From: Psammoneis japonica
Lineage: Eukaryota
Direction: 5' to 3'
Assembly: GCA_008632985.1 (NCBI GenBank)
Contig: QPGO01000190.1
Span: 1 to 64,000, forward strand
DNA: 64,000 nucleotides
The notes beneath the pieces are model-generated. The model worked only from the letters and a program-made list of their open reading frames with translations. It made no database searches and was not told the DNA's origin. This document shows positions 24,432 to 36,798 of the stretch, piece after piece. How positions within the stretch are numbered: position 1 is the first letter of the stretch; each line of letters starts with the position of its first letter. Position numbers and translations under genes: made by a program.

Positions 24432-27400
24432 ATGCCAGCTGACTCGTCAAGATCGCGATGTGACGCGTCTCGATGCTCTGCTGTCGGGATTGCTGTATTT
24501 ACTACCAGTCTGCTGAGTCTTTCCACACTTCTTCTTGGATTGAGCATGTTTCTCACGCCCTACAAGATGGTTGACGTTTTCTTTCAGTGTCGAGAAAACG
24601 TGAATTCATTGGAAGTAACACTCGCTCGATTGACTGGAGGAGTCTTTGTGTCTCTGGCGGTATGTTGTCTTTCACTCGTTGCTCGGCAGCTGTTCTCGTT
24701 GATTTGCAAGAAAGAAAAAGATTTGGAGCCCGGTGAGCTAGACAAGTGCCGCTCGTCTTTATTGTGTCAAGTGTGTATGGGAATTGCGTTGGTGTTGATT
24801 GGTTTGGTGGATGATCGAGTAGCCTCGGAGGGAGGCGGTGGGAATGATGCAATGTGCGGAGAATTCAAGTCGGCTTGGTTGATTGGTGGAGGAGCCTTGT
24901 ACATTGTACTTGGCTGTGCAGGAATGATGTTTACGTTCTGGACGAATGAAGGAACTACGTACGAACTGGACTTTGGTCGATCAACAGATTCGTCCAGCCC
25001 TCGCATCATGCCGGATTCAGAAAACGAAAACACAGTTCCGCTCCTGTCGTCACAGGATCCTAGTGTCGATCAAGAAAATCACGTTGACGATGAAGAAGAA
25101 GCGCTGCTGCTACTAGATGAACCAGAGGGAGAAGCATCTCTTACTACGACATCACGTATTACGGGGACGAGACGCCTCCTGAAATTGGCAGCTCCTCAGG
25201 TGTTTTACCTCTACATTGGCTGCGCTGTTCTGTTGGTACGCTTACCTTTTTCTTTGAGTATCCCACACTTTGTAAGCACCACATTGGGTGCACTTGGGCG
25301 TGGGGATTTCAATGCGGCACGAATGGAAATTTTGCTCTTGTTTATTCTGGGTACCATTGACGCTGCATTGGATTTTTGGTGTGTGTTTTTGTTTGGTTTC
25401 GCAAAGGAGAAAATTGTCAAGGGCGTTCGAATCGATACCTTTGCCGCCATCTTAAGACAAGAGATTGCATTTTTCGACAAGCACACGTCTGGAGACTTGT
25501 CCTCGCGATTGAATTCGGATTGCGGTGAAATGGCTGGAGGTACGTCTCTTTTGTGTGTGCGTGTCCGCGTTGATCGTGATTCTGGTTGCACCCATTTGTT
25601 CTGAGCCTCACTCTTCGTGTTTCGACAGACTTGACTTGGTTCTTCCGTTTCAGGTAAGAGTGTCTATGGCGCACACCGTTCTTGACCTTGTCTTATCTCA
25701 CATTTGCAGTATCTGTCTGTAGCATCGAATCTGTTGTTCGTATTGCAGGAATCACCATGTACATGCTGATTCGCAGTCCGCTCCTGGGAGCTTGTGCCTT
25801 GTCCATCGTTCCGGTTGTGGCCGTAGTGAATAAGAAATATGGCGATTGGCTTCGCAAAAACGCAATCGCGGTACAGAATGCGCTGGCTGTGGCCAACTCA
25901 GTGGCGCAGGAAGCTCTCTCGTGCGTTCGTACCGTCATTGGCTTTGCAGCAGAAGCCTTCGAATACAACAAGTATTGTGAGAGGATTGAACACCAGTACC
26001 GCTTGAACGTTAAGCAGGTGCGCTGCACTGAAAGTCATCGTTGCTGTACGCCTGATTTTGATTTGTCAATCGTCTCACTATTGATTGCTGCTCTTCTTTC
26101 GTAGCTCTACATGACAGGGTAAGTCGCATCTCTCGTTTGCTTACAGTAGTATTGAAATGCAGCAACAGACATTGACCTATTCACACTTATTTTGTTTGTC
26201 TGATGCTTTTGCAACAGAGTGTACTACATGGTTATTTCCACTTTTCTCATCAATACTTGCGTCCAGGCAGCGTTGCTCTTGATTGGAACTGCGTTGATTC
26301 AACGCGGCAAACTAACACCCGAGGTACTTCTCGCGTTCATGCTCTACCAAGGACAATTACAGGTACGGTAGTTGCTTCAGCATGTTTTGATTGGCCGTTG
26401 TTTCTTCCGTTCACAGATATCTGACTCGCTTTTCGTGTGTACAGAATGAAACTTTGAATTTGTTTCAGTCCTACTCTTCCCTCATCAAGAGTTCAGGTGC
26501 TGGTGACAAGGTGTTTTCTCTTCTTGATCGCACGCCGCCTCCACCGGGGACAGGAAGCCCGGCCGTCAGGATAGAAGAAGAGGAAGAGCGTGAGAACGAT
26601 GGTATGAACTCTTCCCCGAGCGATGTCCGGCTCAGGGATGTACATTTCTTTTATCCCTCACGTCCGTCCCACCTGGTCTTGAAAGGCCTCAGTCTAGACA
26701 TTCCAGCAGGGTCGACAGTAGCACTCGTCGGAAGTAGCGGTTGTGGAAAGAGTACAGTGATTGGTCTCCTTCAGAGATTGTATGATCCATCGTCAGGAGG
26801 CGTATTCATCGACGGGTCCGATTTACGATCCTTGGACATAAAGTCTCATCGGTAGGGCTGGCTAGTTTTATAGATTTGCGTCTGCATATTCAATGACTCA
26901 CACTGCACTCTCCTTTCTTGTTGATAGGCGGCATATATCCACAGTCAGCCAAGATCCTGTCCTGTTTTCCGGTACCATTTCGTCGAACATCGCGTACGGG
27001 ATTCCAGATGCGACTCAAGACGATATCATCAGGGCTGCAACACTTGCAAATGCTCATAATTTCATTTCGAATTTCCCTCGAGGGTATCATACGGAAGTTG
27101 GAGAAAGAGGAGTGCAACTCAGCGGTGGACAAAAACAGCGAATCGCGATTGCTCGGGCGGTGATCAAAAACCCTTCTCTGCTCTTACTTGACGAAGCCAC
27201 TTCAGGTGAGCCTCGCGTTCAGCACTATGTAGAGTATTCGCTCTTTGATCTCTCCTTATCGCTAAAGACTAACTTGAAGCTTCGCTCTGTTCTTTCTTGA
27301 TACTTCTTCAGCTCTAGATGCAGGTTTGTGGATGCGTTCGGCTTAAGTTGCGTTTAGTTTCTCCTTAAACATGTCTGTCAATTGCTAACTTTTCATTTTG

Positions 27401-27654
27401 TCCGATTATGTTCAGAGTCCGAGCATGTGGTTCAAGAAGCCCTTGACCATCTCTTGAACATCAACAACGACATGACTACTGTCGTGGTGGCCCATCGACT
27501 ACGAACCGTAAGGGACGCAAACTGTATTGCCTTCATTGAAGATGGCCGTGTTGTTGAAAAAGGCACGCATGATGAACTCATGGAGCTTGCTGACGGCCGT
27601 TATAGAAAAATGGTGGCAAGGGCTGGATCGAATGGCCTCCTTCCAGATTCGTAG
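24432..27654 (+). CDS. ABCB (TAP-like) half transporter; 9 exons: 24432-25539, 25629-25653, 25723-26017, 26105-26118, 26218-26362, 26445-26851, 26928-27205, 27312-27323, 27416-27654
   Basis: LRQEIAFFD, Walker [39 protein letters not shown] rebuilt across introns, VVAHRL; all junctions GT-AG and in frame. Confidence 0.93.
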
Positions 27655-27741
27655 GCTAGGCCTTTTCACTACTCAAAGCAGTGTGGTGAAATGCGTGAGG
27701 TGTCAAAGAAGTTGGTCGTCTAATAAATGATTCGGATGTCT

Positions 27742-29157
27742 CTATTCTTCTCGGTCTGATTCGCCGTACACTGGTTTGACGTGAAGCAGGTGGTGAGCTT
27801 CTTCCCCTCCAATCTCACCGATGTGGCGTTTGTATAACGTCTGAATTGTAGGATTCTCGTGGCTTCGGCGGATAGGAAGTGTTCTGTCTAGCTTGTAAAT
27901 TGTCTCCAGTCTGTCTTTCACAACACCGTTGGCGGCTTTAGGCTGGCCGGCGCCTCCGACGCATCCTCCAGGGCAAGCCATGACTTCAACGAAGTCGTAA
28001 GTGACTTCCTTGTCACGCATTTTCTTAAGGAGTTTCTTGGCGTTTCCCAATCCGTTGACAACGGCCACATGTAAGTCTTTCTTGATGCCCTTGCCAGTTT
28101 CTTCATTGTACAGCGGCACAAGCGCCTCTTTGATGCCAGAATCAAGTCCACGAACTTCCTCTAGCTCTAACCTTGGAAGCTGTGCACCCGTTAGGAGTTC
28201 GTAAACCGAGCGAACTGCTGCTTCCATGACACCGCCTGTCGCTCCGAACAACTGTCCGGCGCCGCTTCCTAGGCCATCGTGGTCTATTCCTTCTACTTGG
28301 AAAGGACTATCAAAAGGTACTGGATCAAGCGAAGCTGGGTTAATACCTTTTTTCTGGAGAAGCTCTCCAAGATCTCGCGTGGTTATCACGTTGTCAACGT
28401 GCCGAATTCCCTCCGGACAAAAAGCAGCCTGGTCCGACTCTGAGCGCTTACGGACACAAGGCATTACGGACGTGAAGTACACGTCCACTGGCTCATGTCC
28501 AAGTAGCTCTCGACTATATGTTTTCAACACAGAGCCAAGCATAATGTTAGGTGACATACACGTTGAAATGTATGGAAAGAGATCTGGCTCGCTCTTCTGT
28601 ACAAAGTTCATCCATCCTGGACAACACGAAGTGAAGAGTGGAAGGGGCTCGGTATTACTCTCAGACATAGCGTCTCCAAAGACTTCCGATTTGTCTTCTG
28701 TGTTCTTGCTGCTCTCTCGGAGCATAATTCGATGGAGTAGCTCTGATCCTTCTTCGCATATCGTTAAATCAGCCGCGGTATTTGTATCAAGAACAAGGTC
28801 AAAGCCAAGAGCCTTGAGAGATGCAACAAGGATACCGGGCGAGAAGCTCCCTTGTGCCATTCCAAAGATTTCTGGAAAACCAACACGAGTCGCAGGGGCT
28901 ACCTGAGCTATGACGACGCCACCATGTTTGTTCTCTATTGCTTCATCGAGCTCCGCTGCTTCTTTACTCAATGCTTTTTCTTTTGTACCGGTGGGTGCTT
29001 CCAACGTTGCAGTCATTAGTTGTGTTCGGCGAAGTCTCAATACCCGACGTTTCGCGAGTCCATCTGAAAGTGATCCTGACCGCGACTGTGAAGCAAAACC
29101 TCTAACGCGAAAGGATTGCAAAGAAAGCATCACGGGCAACACGAGTGGTACTTTCAT
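27742..29157 (-). CDS. hydA: [FeFe]-hydrogenase, H-cluster domain only, with N-terminal targeting peptide
   Basis: L1 FTSCCPGW, L2 MPCVRKRSE, L3 EVMACPGGCVGGAGQP; also AQVAPATRV, ADLTICEEGSEL, FGATGGVMEAAVRS, RRSHENP; no N-terminal FeS-cluster Cys motifs; intact intronless ORF. Confidence 0.93.
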   Translation of the reverse strand: MKVPLVLPVMLSLQSFRVRGFASQSRSGSLSDGLAKRRVLRLRRTQLMTATLEAPTGTKEKALSKEAAELDEAIENKHGGVVIAQVAPATRVGFPEIFGMAQGSFSPGILVASLKALGFDLVLDTNTAADLTICEEGSELLHRIMLRESSKNTEDKSEVFGDAMSESNTEPLPLFTSCCPGWMNFVQKSEPDLFPYISTCMSPNIMLGSVLKTYSRELLGHEPVDVYFTSVMPCVRKRSESDQAAFCPEGIRHVDNVITTRDLGELLQKKGINPASLDPVPFDSPFQVEGIDHDGLGSGAGQLFGATGGVMEAAVRSVYELLTGAQLPRLELEEVRGLDSGIKEALVPLYNEETGKGIKKDLHVAVVNGLGNAKKLLKKMRDKEVTYDFVEVMACPGGCVGGAGQPKAANGVVKDRLETIYKLDRTLPIRRSHENPTIQTLYKRHIGEIGGEEAHHLLHVKPVYGESDREE

Positions 29158-29600
29158 TGTGTTCTTGTTTCTATTGCGGTTCAAATCTGATGTATGGTAT
29201 TCGGCGTTTGCGATGAATATGTGTTCTGAATGTCGTAGCGCGTTTGTGGCTCTCAACACTCGTCAAAATGCCGATTCGGATCGCAGTGTTCTCTTCGAAA
29301 TGCCGATGAGAACTCACCGTCCGTTTTGCAATTTTGGTCAATCGCTCTGTGACGCGTCGGCACGATTCGGATCCGGGAACACCGGGATTCGCATTCTTCG
29401 GATGCCACGATTGAGATTTTGTATATACAATTTTATTCCGTGATTAATATATTTTAATAAGGCACGTGATTGAGGTCGCGCTTCAAAAATCACGAGTGAA
29501 ACTCCGATGAGAATGGAAGGCAAAATCGCACAAAAAAGAAAACAATCACCACCACCACAGAACTGAAAACAATTCCAATCCTCCTTATTGACAACTGACA

Positions 29601-30871
29601 ATGACATGGAAATACACACCCGTCCTCAATGCCTGCATACAGGTGTTACTGACTGTGTTGCTCGGTACAGTGATGGCAAAGCTTGAGATATTTCAACCGA
29701 ACTTTGTCCCTGCCGCGACACGATTCGTATTTTTCGTCGCTCTGCCATGCCTCGTCATTCGCGGTATTGGCATCAACGTCGACTTCTACTCAGATGCCTT
29801 CATCTGGGAGTACATCTTTTCGTTTCTCACCTTACGTGCCATAGCACTTGTACTTTGCTATGGATCTGTTGTTGTTCAACGAATAAAGTCTCCAGGTTCC
29901 GTCGGAATCGGACACGTTGCCGTCCGGTGGCTTAGCATGACCTGGATCTCTACAGTCATCATGGGGATCCCGATCCTTACTGCTCTGACTGGAAGCCCAG
30001 CAAAAGGAGGTTTCTACGGTTTGCTGGCAGGGATCTCAAGCTTTATTTTTCAACTTCCGCTCCACTCTGCTTTTTAGAGTGCCATGTTCTCGAACGAGAA
30101 GAACGCAAGATCAACTCTCCGCGTAACGAAGCTTCCTCCAACCAGGACGTCGAGGCAGTGACTCCTAATGAGTCTTGTCATGAAAGTCTTGAGCAATCTC
30201 CCGACGCTTCATTAGAAACTGATGGTCCCGAAGAATTTGATACAATCGAACTTGAAGCCAAGACCGACAAGCACGTCGTAGAGGTTCCGACAAACGGTGG
30301 ATCCGCGTTTATGCTTTCCAAAAGGACGCTGAACTGGCACATTTGGAAAAAGATCTTTAGTAAACTTGCACGGAATCCCGTATTGTGGGGTATATTCCTT
30401 GGATTCCTGCTTTCCCTGACTACGGTCGGGAAAACGTACCTCAAGCCTGGCGGAGAAGACTTTGTGGAAGGTCTTGCTTGGATCAACCTGACACTGGCGT
30501 GGTTGGGCGCATGTGTTTCTCCACTATCCCTCTTTACCATGGGTGTTTGGATGCACGGGCAAGGCCGCCAATTGTTTGCGATTGGTCTTCGCGACATTTC
30601 ACTCTTTATGCTCTCCAAGCTTGTCCTTGTCCCCCTCGTCATGGTTGGACTCGCATACGCGTTCAATCTGGACGACCAAGTCGGTCGGGCCGCCGTCTTG
30701 ATTGCAAGTCTACCAATTTCTCTTGCATCCTTTACGGTTGGCGAGCAGTACAACATTGGAGAGGCCGTTCTCTCTGCCAATGTTGCGGTAGGAACATTCT
30801 TGATGCTCCCCACCGTAATTCTCTGGAACATTGTCATGGATGAGTTAAGCATATTCCCAAACTACAAGTAG
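29601..30871 (+). CDS. AEC/PIN-like (membrane transport protein family) transporter; one frameshift near 30063
   Basis: RFVFFVALPCL, STVIMGIPIL, NPVLWGIFLG, SPLSLFTMG, KLVLVPLVM, ASLPISLASF; two TM bundles separated by an acidic loop. Confidence 0.85.
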
Positions 30872-30956
30872 AGTAAACAAGTCACCCGCGAAAAACCAAC
30901 CTCTCCCGTGACTGTGAACTTATTAAAGGTAACGATTCAGAAACTATAAACATTTC

Positions 30957-32200
30957 TTATGGTTTGTAGGTGTTAAGTCCTGTGCTCGGGTCGAGATTGG
31001 CGTCCTCTGGTCCCAATACCTGTGGACCCGGACCGCTTTTTGTAAAATACATGGCCTTTACATCTCCTTGTTTTGGTTCGCGTCCTGTCTTTGCTGTGGC
31101 TTCCAGTAGGTCCTTGTCCAATTTGAACAAGGATATCTTCTTTAGGTATTCCGAGTTGTTGATGTAATTCTCGTTTGTCGATGGGAAATAATGCAACATG
31201 AGGGCGCCAACCTCCACCACATGCTTCTCCAACGTGTATAGTACCGCATTGGGCCCAGCATCAAACGTGTACGCGACTCGTACCTCTTTGGCCCAAGCAT
31301 TGTAGGCGTGCACCAAACGAATCACACTGCGTGATACATCGTTCATGTAGAAAATGGGAGGGTACGTGTCGAGACATGTAGCATGGAATTGATTGGAATC
31401 TGCCATGGTAACCTGTCCAAACGTTTCAAAGTCCTTGCTAAGAAAGGCCTTTTCAATGGTTTCCATTCGATGGTCCACGACTTGCTCTGCGCGATGCTTG
31501 AGAAGTAGCGAGGTTTCCACACTGGTGCTCATGCCCGCGGTCGAGGAGGTGTCCTTTTTGGCATCCGATACAACCATAATGACGGCACGTAGTTCTGGCC
31601 AGTGTTCTTCCGAGGCAACCTGTTGCGCCATGGAGTCTGACCAGTCCGGTTTCGTCCCACCCATTCGCCAAGCAACAAAGCCTCCATAGAGTGAACGACA
31701 CGCCGACCCACTGCCCTGCCGAGCAATTGTCGAGAGTTGTCCCTCAAATTCTTCCTTGGCTCCAAACAATTCTGCCAAGGCAGCAACGAGCGCAGCGTAT
31801 CCCGCAGCACTACTGGCCAAACCAGCGGCAGTGGGAAACGTATTGTAACTCGATACATGAACCTTCATGTTGGCATAGTCCTCCTTCTTGACAAGGACAT
31901 TGCCGCTCTCGTCAAGACGGTCCGTGGCGAGTGCACGAACTCCATCCACACAAGCACGGAACCTCTTACTCGTGGATGCATCTGCTTCTTCCTCTCCATT
32001 GAGCCAAAGACGATCACTGTCAAAACGTAACGACGTTGCAGCGGTGGTGACGGCGCGGAGATCGGCTTGATCAAGCGTCACCGAGACGGATGAATTGATG
32101 GGCGTGTTGAGCTTTACATTCGCCTTTCCCCAGTACTTGATGCAAGCAATGTTGGTCGGAGCTGACACGGTTGCCATGTAGATCTCATCGGATTGCTCAT
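30957..32200 (-). CDS. MVD: Diphosphomevalonate decarboxylase; in-frame ATG at 32177, likely true ATG at 32200 with a 1-nt deletion
   Basis: APTNIACIKYWGK, FPTAAGLASSAAG, ARQGSGSACRSLYGG, DSNQFHATCLDTYPPIFY, YTFDAGPNAV. Confidence 0.95.
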
Positions 32201-32506
32201 GGTGGTGTGTAGTTTGAAAAGCTTTGTGCGGTCGTCGTCTATGGTATTGTTGATCATCGCATTGGATGCATTTTGTGTGGCGCATACGTGGTGCTGTTAT
32301 AAATGTCCTAAATTCTGTATATATTTATTGGATTTCCCGCCAAAATATTTATGAACCCGGATATTCATGGAACCACCGACGACAGGCTGACCTCGTTTCC
32401 CTCCGATCCATCACAATGACAAAACACGCCGCTGTCGGCTGTCAGAACTCGGCTCCTCTTGCAGTATTCAACATCGCTACTTGTTCTTTTGCATATACTG
32501 TACATC

Positions 32507-33375
32507 ATGTCCTCACCAAAGACTGAAATAAAGTGCGCTCCATCCCGTAACTTGAATAGCGGGTTTGCTCAGTTTGCCACGGCTCGCGAACTGTACGCTC
32601 ACATTCGTGAAATCACCAAACCAGGCGGAGAATTTGTGATTCGAAACTTTGTCGGTGTTATTCAAGACATTTCTCCGGAGTCTTCACTTGTGTAAGCTTT
32701 GTTGACAATGGTGTGTATGTTGTTGTGAGTGTAAGAATGGTCACTAACGATAAGCTTTACTCGCTATGTTGGGTTGGATGATGTGTGTATTGGCTTCACG
32801 TTACCCAGAGAAACGGAATTGTTTCCCAGAGGTGCTCTTGAATACTACACCAAGAAAAATATGGGCTGGGATATTCTGAATCCGAAGTTGAAAGTGGCAA
32901 ATGAACGAAAGAGGCGGAGCTCAAGGAGACTATCGTGATGGAGTACGTGCAAACAACAAAAGATACGTGTGTGAAAGAGCAGCTTTTGACTACTTGTCAC
33001 TCACATTTATCGTCATCGTCTTATCCTGTATATAGATGCAGAAAAAGATCAATAATGTCATTGACTGTCTCAAGACAGAGCCGTTTAGCAAACGCGCAAT
33101 CATTCCCATTCCCTTCAACTCGGAAGGAAGTGAATCCGTCATTGGAAGGACGCTGGACAAACCAAGTGTTGTCGAGAACTACACTTTTATTTAGAAGATG
33201 GAATGCTCAAGTGTACCGGCATTGTGAGAATGCAAAACGCAAACATTTTTGTCAAGAATATTCACTTTTTCGCAACCCTTATTGACTACGTGCCAAGCAA
33301 CTCGGTGTCCCTGTTGGAGAATACACTCATTGGATTACAAATCTATGCCATGATCGGACTGCAACATCTTGTTAG
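32507..33375 (+). CDS. Divergent thymidylate synthase/dCMP hydroxymethylase-fold protein; 3 exons, several frameshifts as assembled
   Basis: Reconstructed C-terminal half QKKINNVIDCLKTEPFSKRAII...TKCCRELHFYLEDGMLKCTGIVRMQNANIFVKNIHFFATLIDYV(A)KQLGVPVGEYTHWITNLCH follows TS motif spacing; introns ~32692-32808 and ~32943-33035. Confidence 0.65.
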
Positions 33376-33471
33376 ACATTGCTCTAGGACTAGTTTGGAT
33401 AAGCCGTATGAAACAATTTTGAAGAAACTATCGTTGCAAATTATGAAAAGCATTCAAAACTGATATCCATC

Positions 33472-34381
33472 TCATAGCTCAGGTGATTCCATTCTCATAA
33501 TACCAAACAGCTCCCTCTCCAAAGTATTCCAGCAATCTTGAATCCACGGTATGCTCCCAAACACAACGCCCCAAATCATAATGAGCCAGCAAAGTCTCAA
33601 CCATAGCGGCACATTGTTTCGTTGATACCCAAGGGTCAAGTGATAGGTAACGTGAAGCATAGCCACTGGTCCAATAATGATTCTCACCAAACAATACAAA
33701 AAGGAAAAGACTAAATCGAGAATGGGATGCAAGGCTTGGGCAAACGGCCCGTCACAGCACGACACCATTTGTGCCCTTTCTGAAATGAGAAATGCATTAT
33801 GAAACGGGTTGGTGCTTTCTCCAGTCGCCATGCAAATCATGGCCGATATATGACCAGCACCAATTACGAGAGTTGATGTCATGTAAAAGAATGTAGCAAA
33901 GTGATGTCCGAGAACATTATGTCAGCAGAACTCAAAATTGGTTTCCCTAGCTCTGCGTCCCATCGAGTGACAATGAAAGAAAAGATGGAATCATACACCA
34001 TGTACCCAATGCACAGTTGCATCAAGGCTGTACCGCATCTCGATACCACTTTGGAGAGTCATTCATTCGACTGGCTGGAAGGTACGGCTGTGAAAGGAGA
34101 GCTGCAACAAGCCCGGGAACCAGCGTTATGGAATGCACCATTGCTGGAACACTACCTGCGGCTTCAAATGTAATGTCATACTGCTCATCTCCAGGTCCCG
34201 GCCATCCCAAGGCAATCATTGCATACAAAGCCGTGTAGCGCACAATTGTTAATAGCACAATTGAGACCAATGTGACGGAGCAATCCAATTCAGTAAACGG
34301 AACATAGACGGCCGGAAGCGACAGATAAAATCGTTGCCATTTCAAAATCAAAGATGGCGGGGAAGGCTTTGGTTTGTTCAT
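33472..34381 (-). CDS. TLC (TRAM/LAG1/CLN8) domain membrane protein; frameshifts near 34026 and 33915
   Basis: PAMVHSITL, IGYMVYDS, GHHFATFFY, TGESTNPFHN, FLYCLVRII. Confidence 0.8.
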
Positions 34382-34834
34382 TCTCAACACTTTCTCTCGT
34401 AGAGCTTTCTGTTTCTCTCCTTCAACTGTTGGATAGTAGGGTAGTTAGACGTGCTTGTGACGCTTCGATCTCTTTCGTCATTGTGTCTCCGTGGTCGTGG
34501 TCCCCTGATTCCGCTGCGGTTGTGGCGCGCAGGTTGCGCCTGACGTGTTGCTATTCAAAATATATACATCTCTGGAGTAATTCAATACAATCTACGTTCG
34601 GCGTCCTTCCGTCCATCCGTCCATCGCCGCTGCGTGATGCTTGATGGCGGGTCATGGGGGAGAACAGAAAAGGGATGCTCACGATGAGAATCCGCCGTAC
34701 GTAATCAATAAGCAGTCTCACGTTGTCTTGAAGCAAAAGAGGAAAAAGAGAAGGCGTCAAAAAGTAGTAGTATTACAAGGCGTGGCGGTTTGACTTCTAC
34801 AGTACAATTAGCTTACGATCTTCTGTTCAAAGTG

Positions 34835-35980
34835 ATGCAAGCGGCAGCAATCTCATCATCCGCACCACATGCGTTGAGAGTCAGAGGCAGAGTCCAATGT
34901 ATGGTCAAGTGTGCGGATCGAAATGGATCAGCAGCTCTCTACTTTCCAAGGCCTTGCGACTTTCGACATCATGGTGTAATATACAGGTATTCAGCGCTCT
35001 CGATACCTGCAAATGCCACATCGTTTTCCGTTCGACGTTCCTTATCAACTCATTCCAACCATTCAAAGCATAATAGCAACAACAGTCAGTTCGATTGGTT
35101 GCCATCGTTTGCCGCAAGAATTATGACGGCGTTTGGGTTAATACATGTCGTTTCAGAATACGGAGTAGAGTTGACACTGTGCGAAGGACCCAGCATGATG
35201 CCTACGATTTTGCCAGCGGGCGAAATCATTTTGGTGGATCGTTTGACACCGCGTCTCTTTGGCCTGCAAGGAGGACACGATGGAGCCAAGCGTGCCGAGT
35301 ATGCTAGACAATTACAAGAAGATTATCAAAAACAAGAGCGACAAAAACAAGAACAAAAAGCAAAAAGTTTGCGAAGAAGACCAACCGAACACCATGAAAC
35401 CTGGCACCAACGCATGGTGGCAGTCGACGAATTACCCAAGAGCGGAAAATGGAAAAGAATGTTTGCCAAGTGTACTACAGGACTTCATGTCGGTGATGTT
35501 GTGGTGGTACAACACCCAGACCGCTCGGGAACTGTATGCAAGCGTATCTTGGGTCTGCCTGGGGATGTTGTGGTCCAACCCGCTTCCAATTTTGCTTTTC
35601 AAAATTCATCTCGAGGAGGCTTGCTCGTTATTCCGGATGGACACCTTTGGATAGAAGGAGATAACTCCATGAATTCGTCGGATTCTCGGAATTATGGACC
35701 TATTCCCGCATCCCTGCTCGTCGGGAGAGTTCTTTTACGATTGTGGCCGGTACGGGGAGATGCCATATTGGAACGGGGAGCAAGACCCTTGCCACCACCG
35801 GATAGACCCTTTTCTGTAAGTGTCTTGTGTATCGTTTTATTTAAGGAGGGCCTCAGCCATGCTCATGGACTAACACGCAGCTTCACTGCCTTTGTTTCAT
35901 CGTAGGGGAGCACGATCTTGCCTGCTGGATACGAAGGAGAAGTCATCCTTAAACACGCCGAAGAGAAGCCATCACAATAA
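34835..35980 (+). CDS. IMP1: Mitochondrial inner membrane peptidase subunit 1-like (S26); intron 35816-35905
   Basis: CEGPSMMPT (catalytic Ser), VCKRILGLPGD (catalytic Lys), IPDGHLWIEGDN...DSRNYGPIP. Confidence 0.88.
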
Positions 35981-36751
35981 CACCGGTAAGAGTATATCGC
36001 ACGGCGGAAGAAGTTATTGTATCGGCAGTTAAGTGGATGCCTACTGGCGTTACTCGAGCCATTCAAAACTCACCGTCGTGTAGCCATTGTACTACGTCAA
36101 CGTAAAATGTCTCTCTTGCTCAAGTAGGAAAAAGTTTCACATTAACACCTATTTCAGCAATAAGTAAGTCGTACACTTGTGCATAGCTGCTACTATAGCA
36201 AAATACAAACTAACAAGGAATCACTCTATGCAAGAATCGGAAATGGACTAACTGCTTGGTTCAAAGCTTATTTAAGTGGGCTAGCATGTGGTGCTGATAA
36301 AAGTAGTTGATAAGAAGGCAACCGATGACCCGAATGCAAAGAGCATATAACAAACAAGTTTGGATTGCGTTCTCTCTCCAAAAGTTGCTTCATGTAGCCC
36401 AAGCATCGCCAAGTAACAGCAGCATGAAAGGATGCAGTCGAGATGCTGCGGTGGCGCGCCACTGACACGAGTGGAAGATCATAGAAGCTCATGAAGTTGC
36501 CCACGTTAGAAACCGGTTCATCATCGAACACATCCTACGTGGTTCAGCACGATCCAAGTGCACTTCTCAAAAGATTCCACCTACCGGCTAAGTATTTTTA
36601 ATATCTGGGACTAAAAAGATCTACAACCGATCATCTAACTTTTCAACGCCAAAGGACCCTTGTTTGTTCTGTCATTACTCAAAGAACCTTTATCCTACTG
36701 TACAAGAGCTAAACGTAACTTCAAGATCGTACCTCCTGTCTCTCTACCTAT

Positions 36752-36755
<4 letters not shown>

Positions 36756-36793
<38 letters not shown>
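36756..36793. repeat. (CT)n microsatellite
   Basis: Uninterrupted ctctct run. Confidence 0.95.

Positions 36794-36798
<5 letters not shown>

Noticed and set aside
27742..29157. Nar1/NARF instead of hydrogenase
   Set aside because: It has TSCCPGW, ADLTIxEE and GGVMEAA of catalytic enzymes and lacks the N-terminal Cys cluster of Nar1
23147..34381. Many frameshifts in conserved genes (near 23187, 23742, 30063, 32195, 32870-32910, 33141, 33291, 33915, 34026) as programmed frameshifting or block-wide pseudogenisation
   Set aside because: Several are one-base contractions of short runs (GG>G, TTTT>TTT) in otherwise well-conserved frames, typical of unpolished long-read assembly
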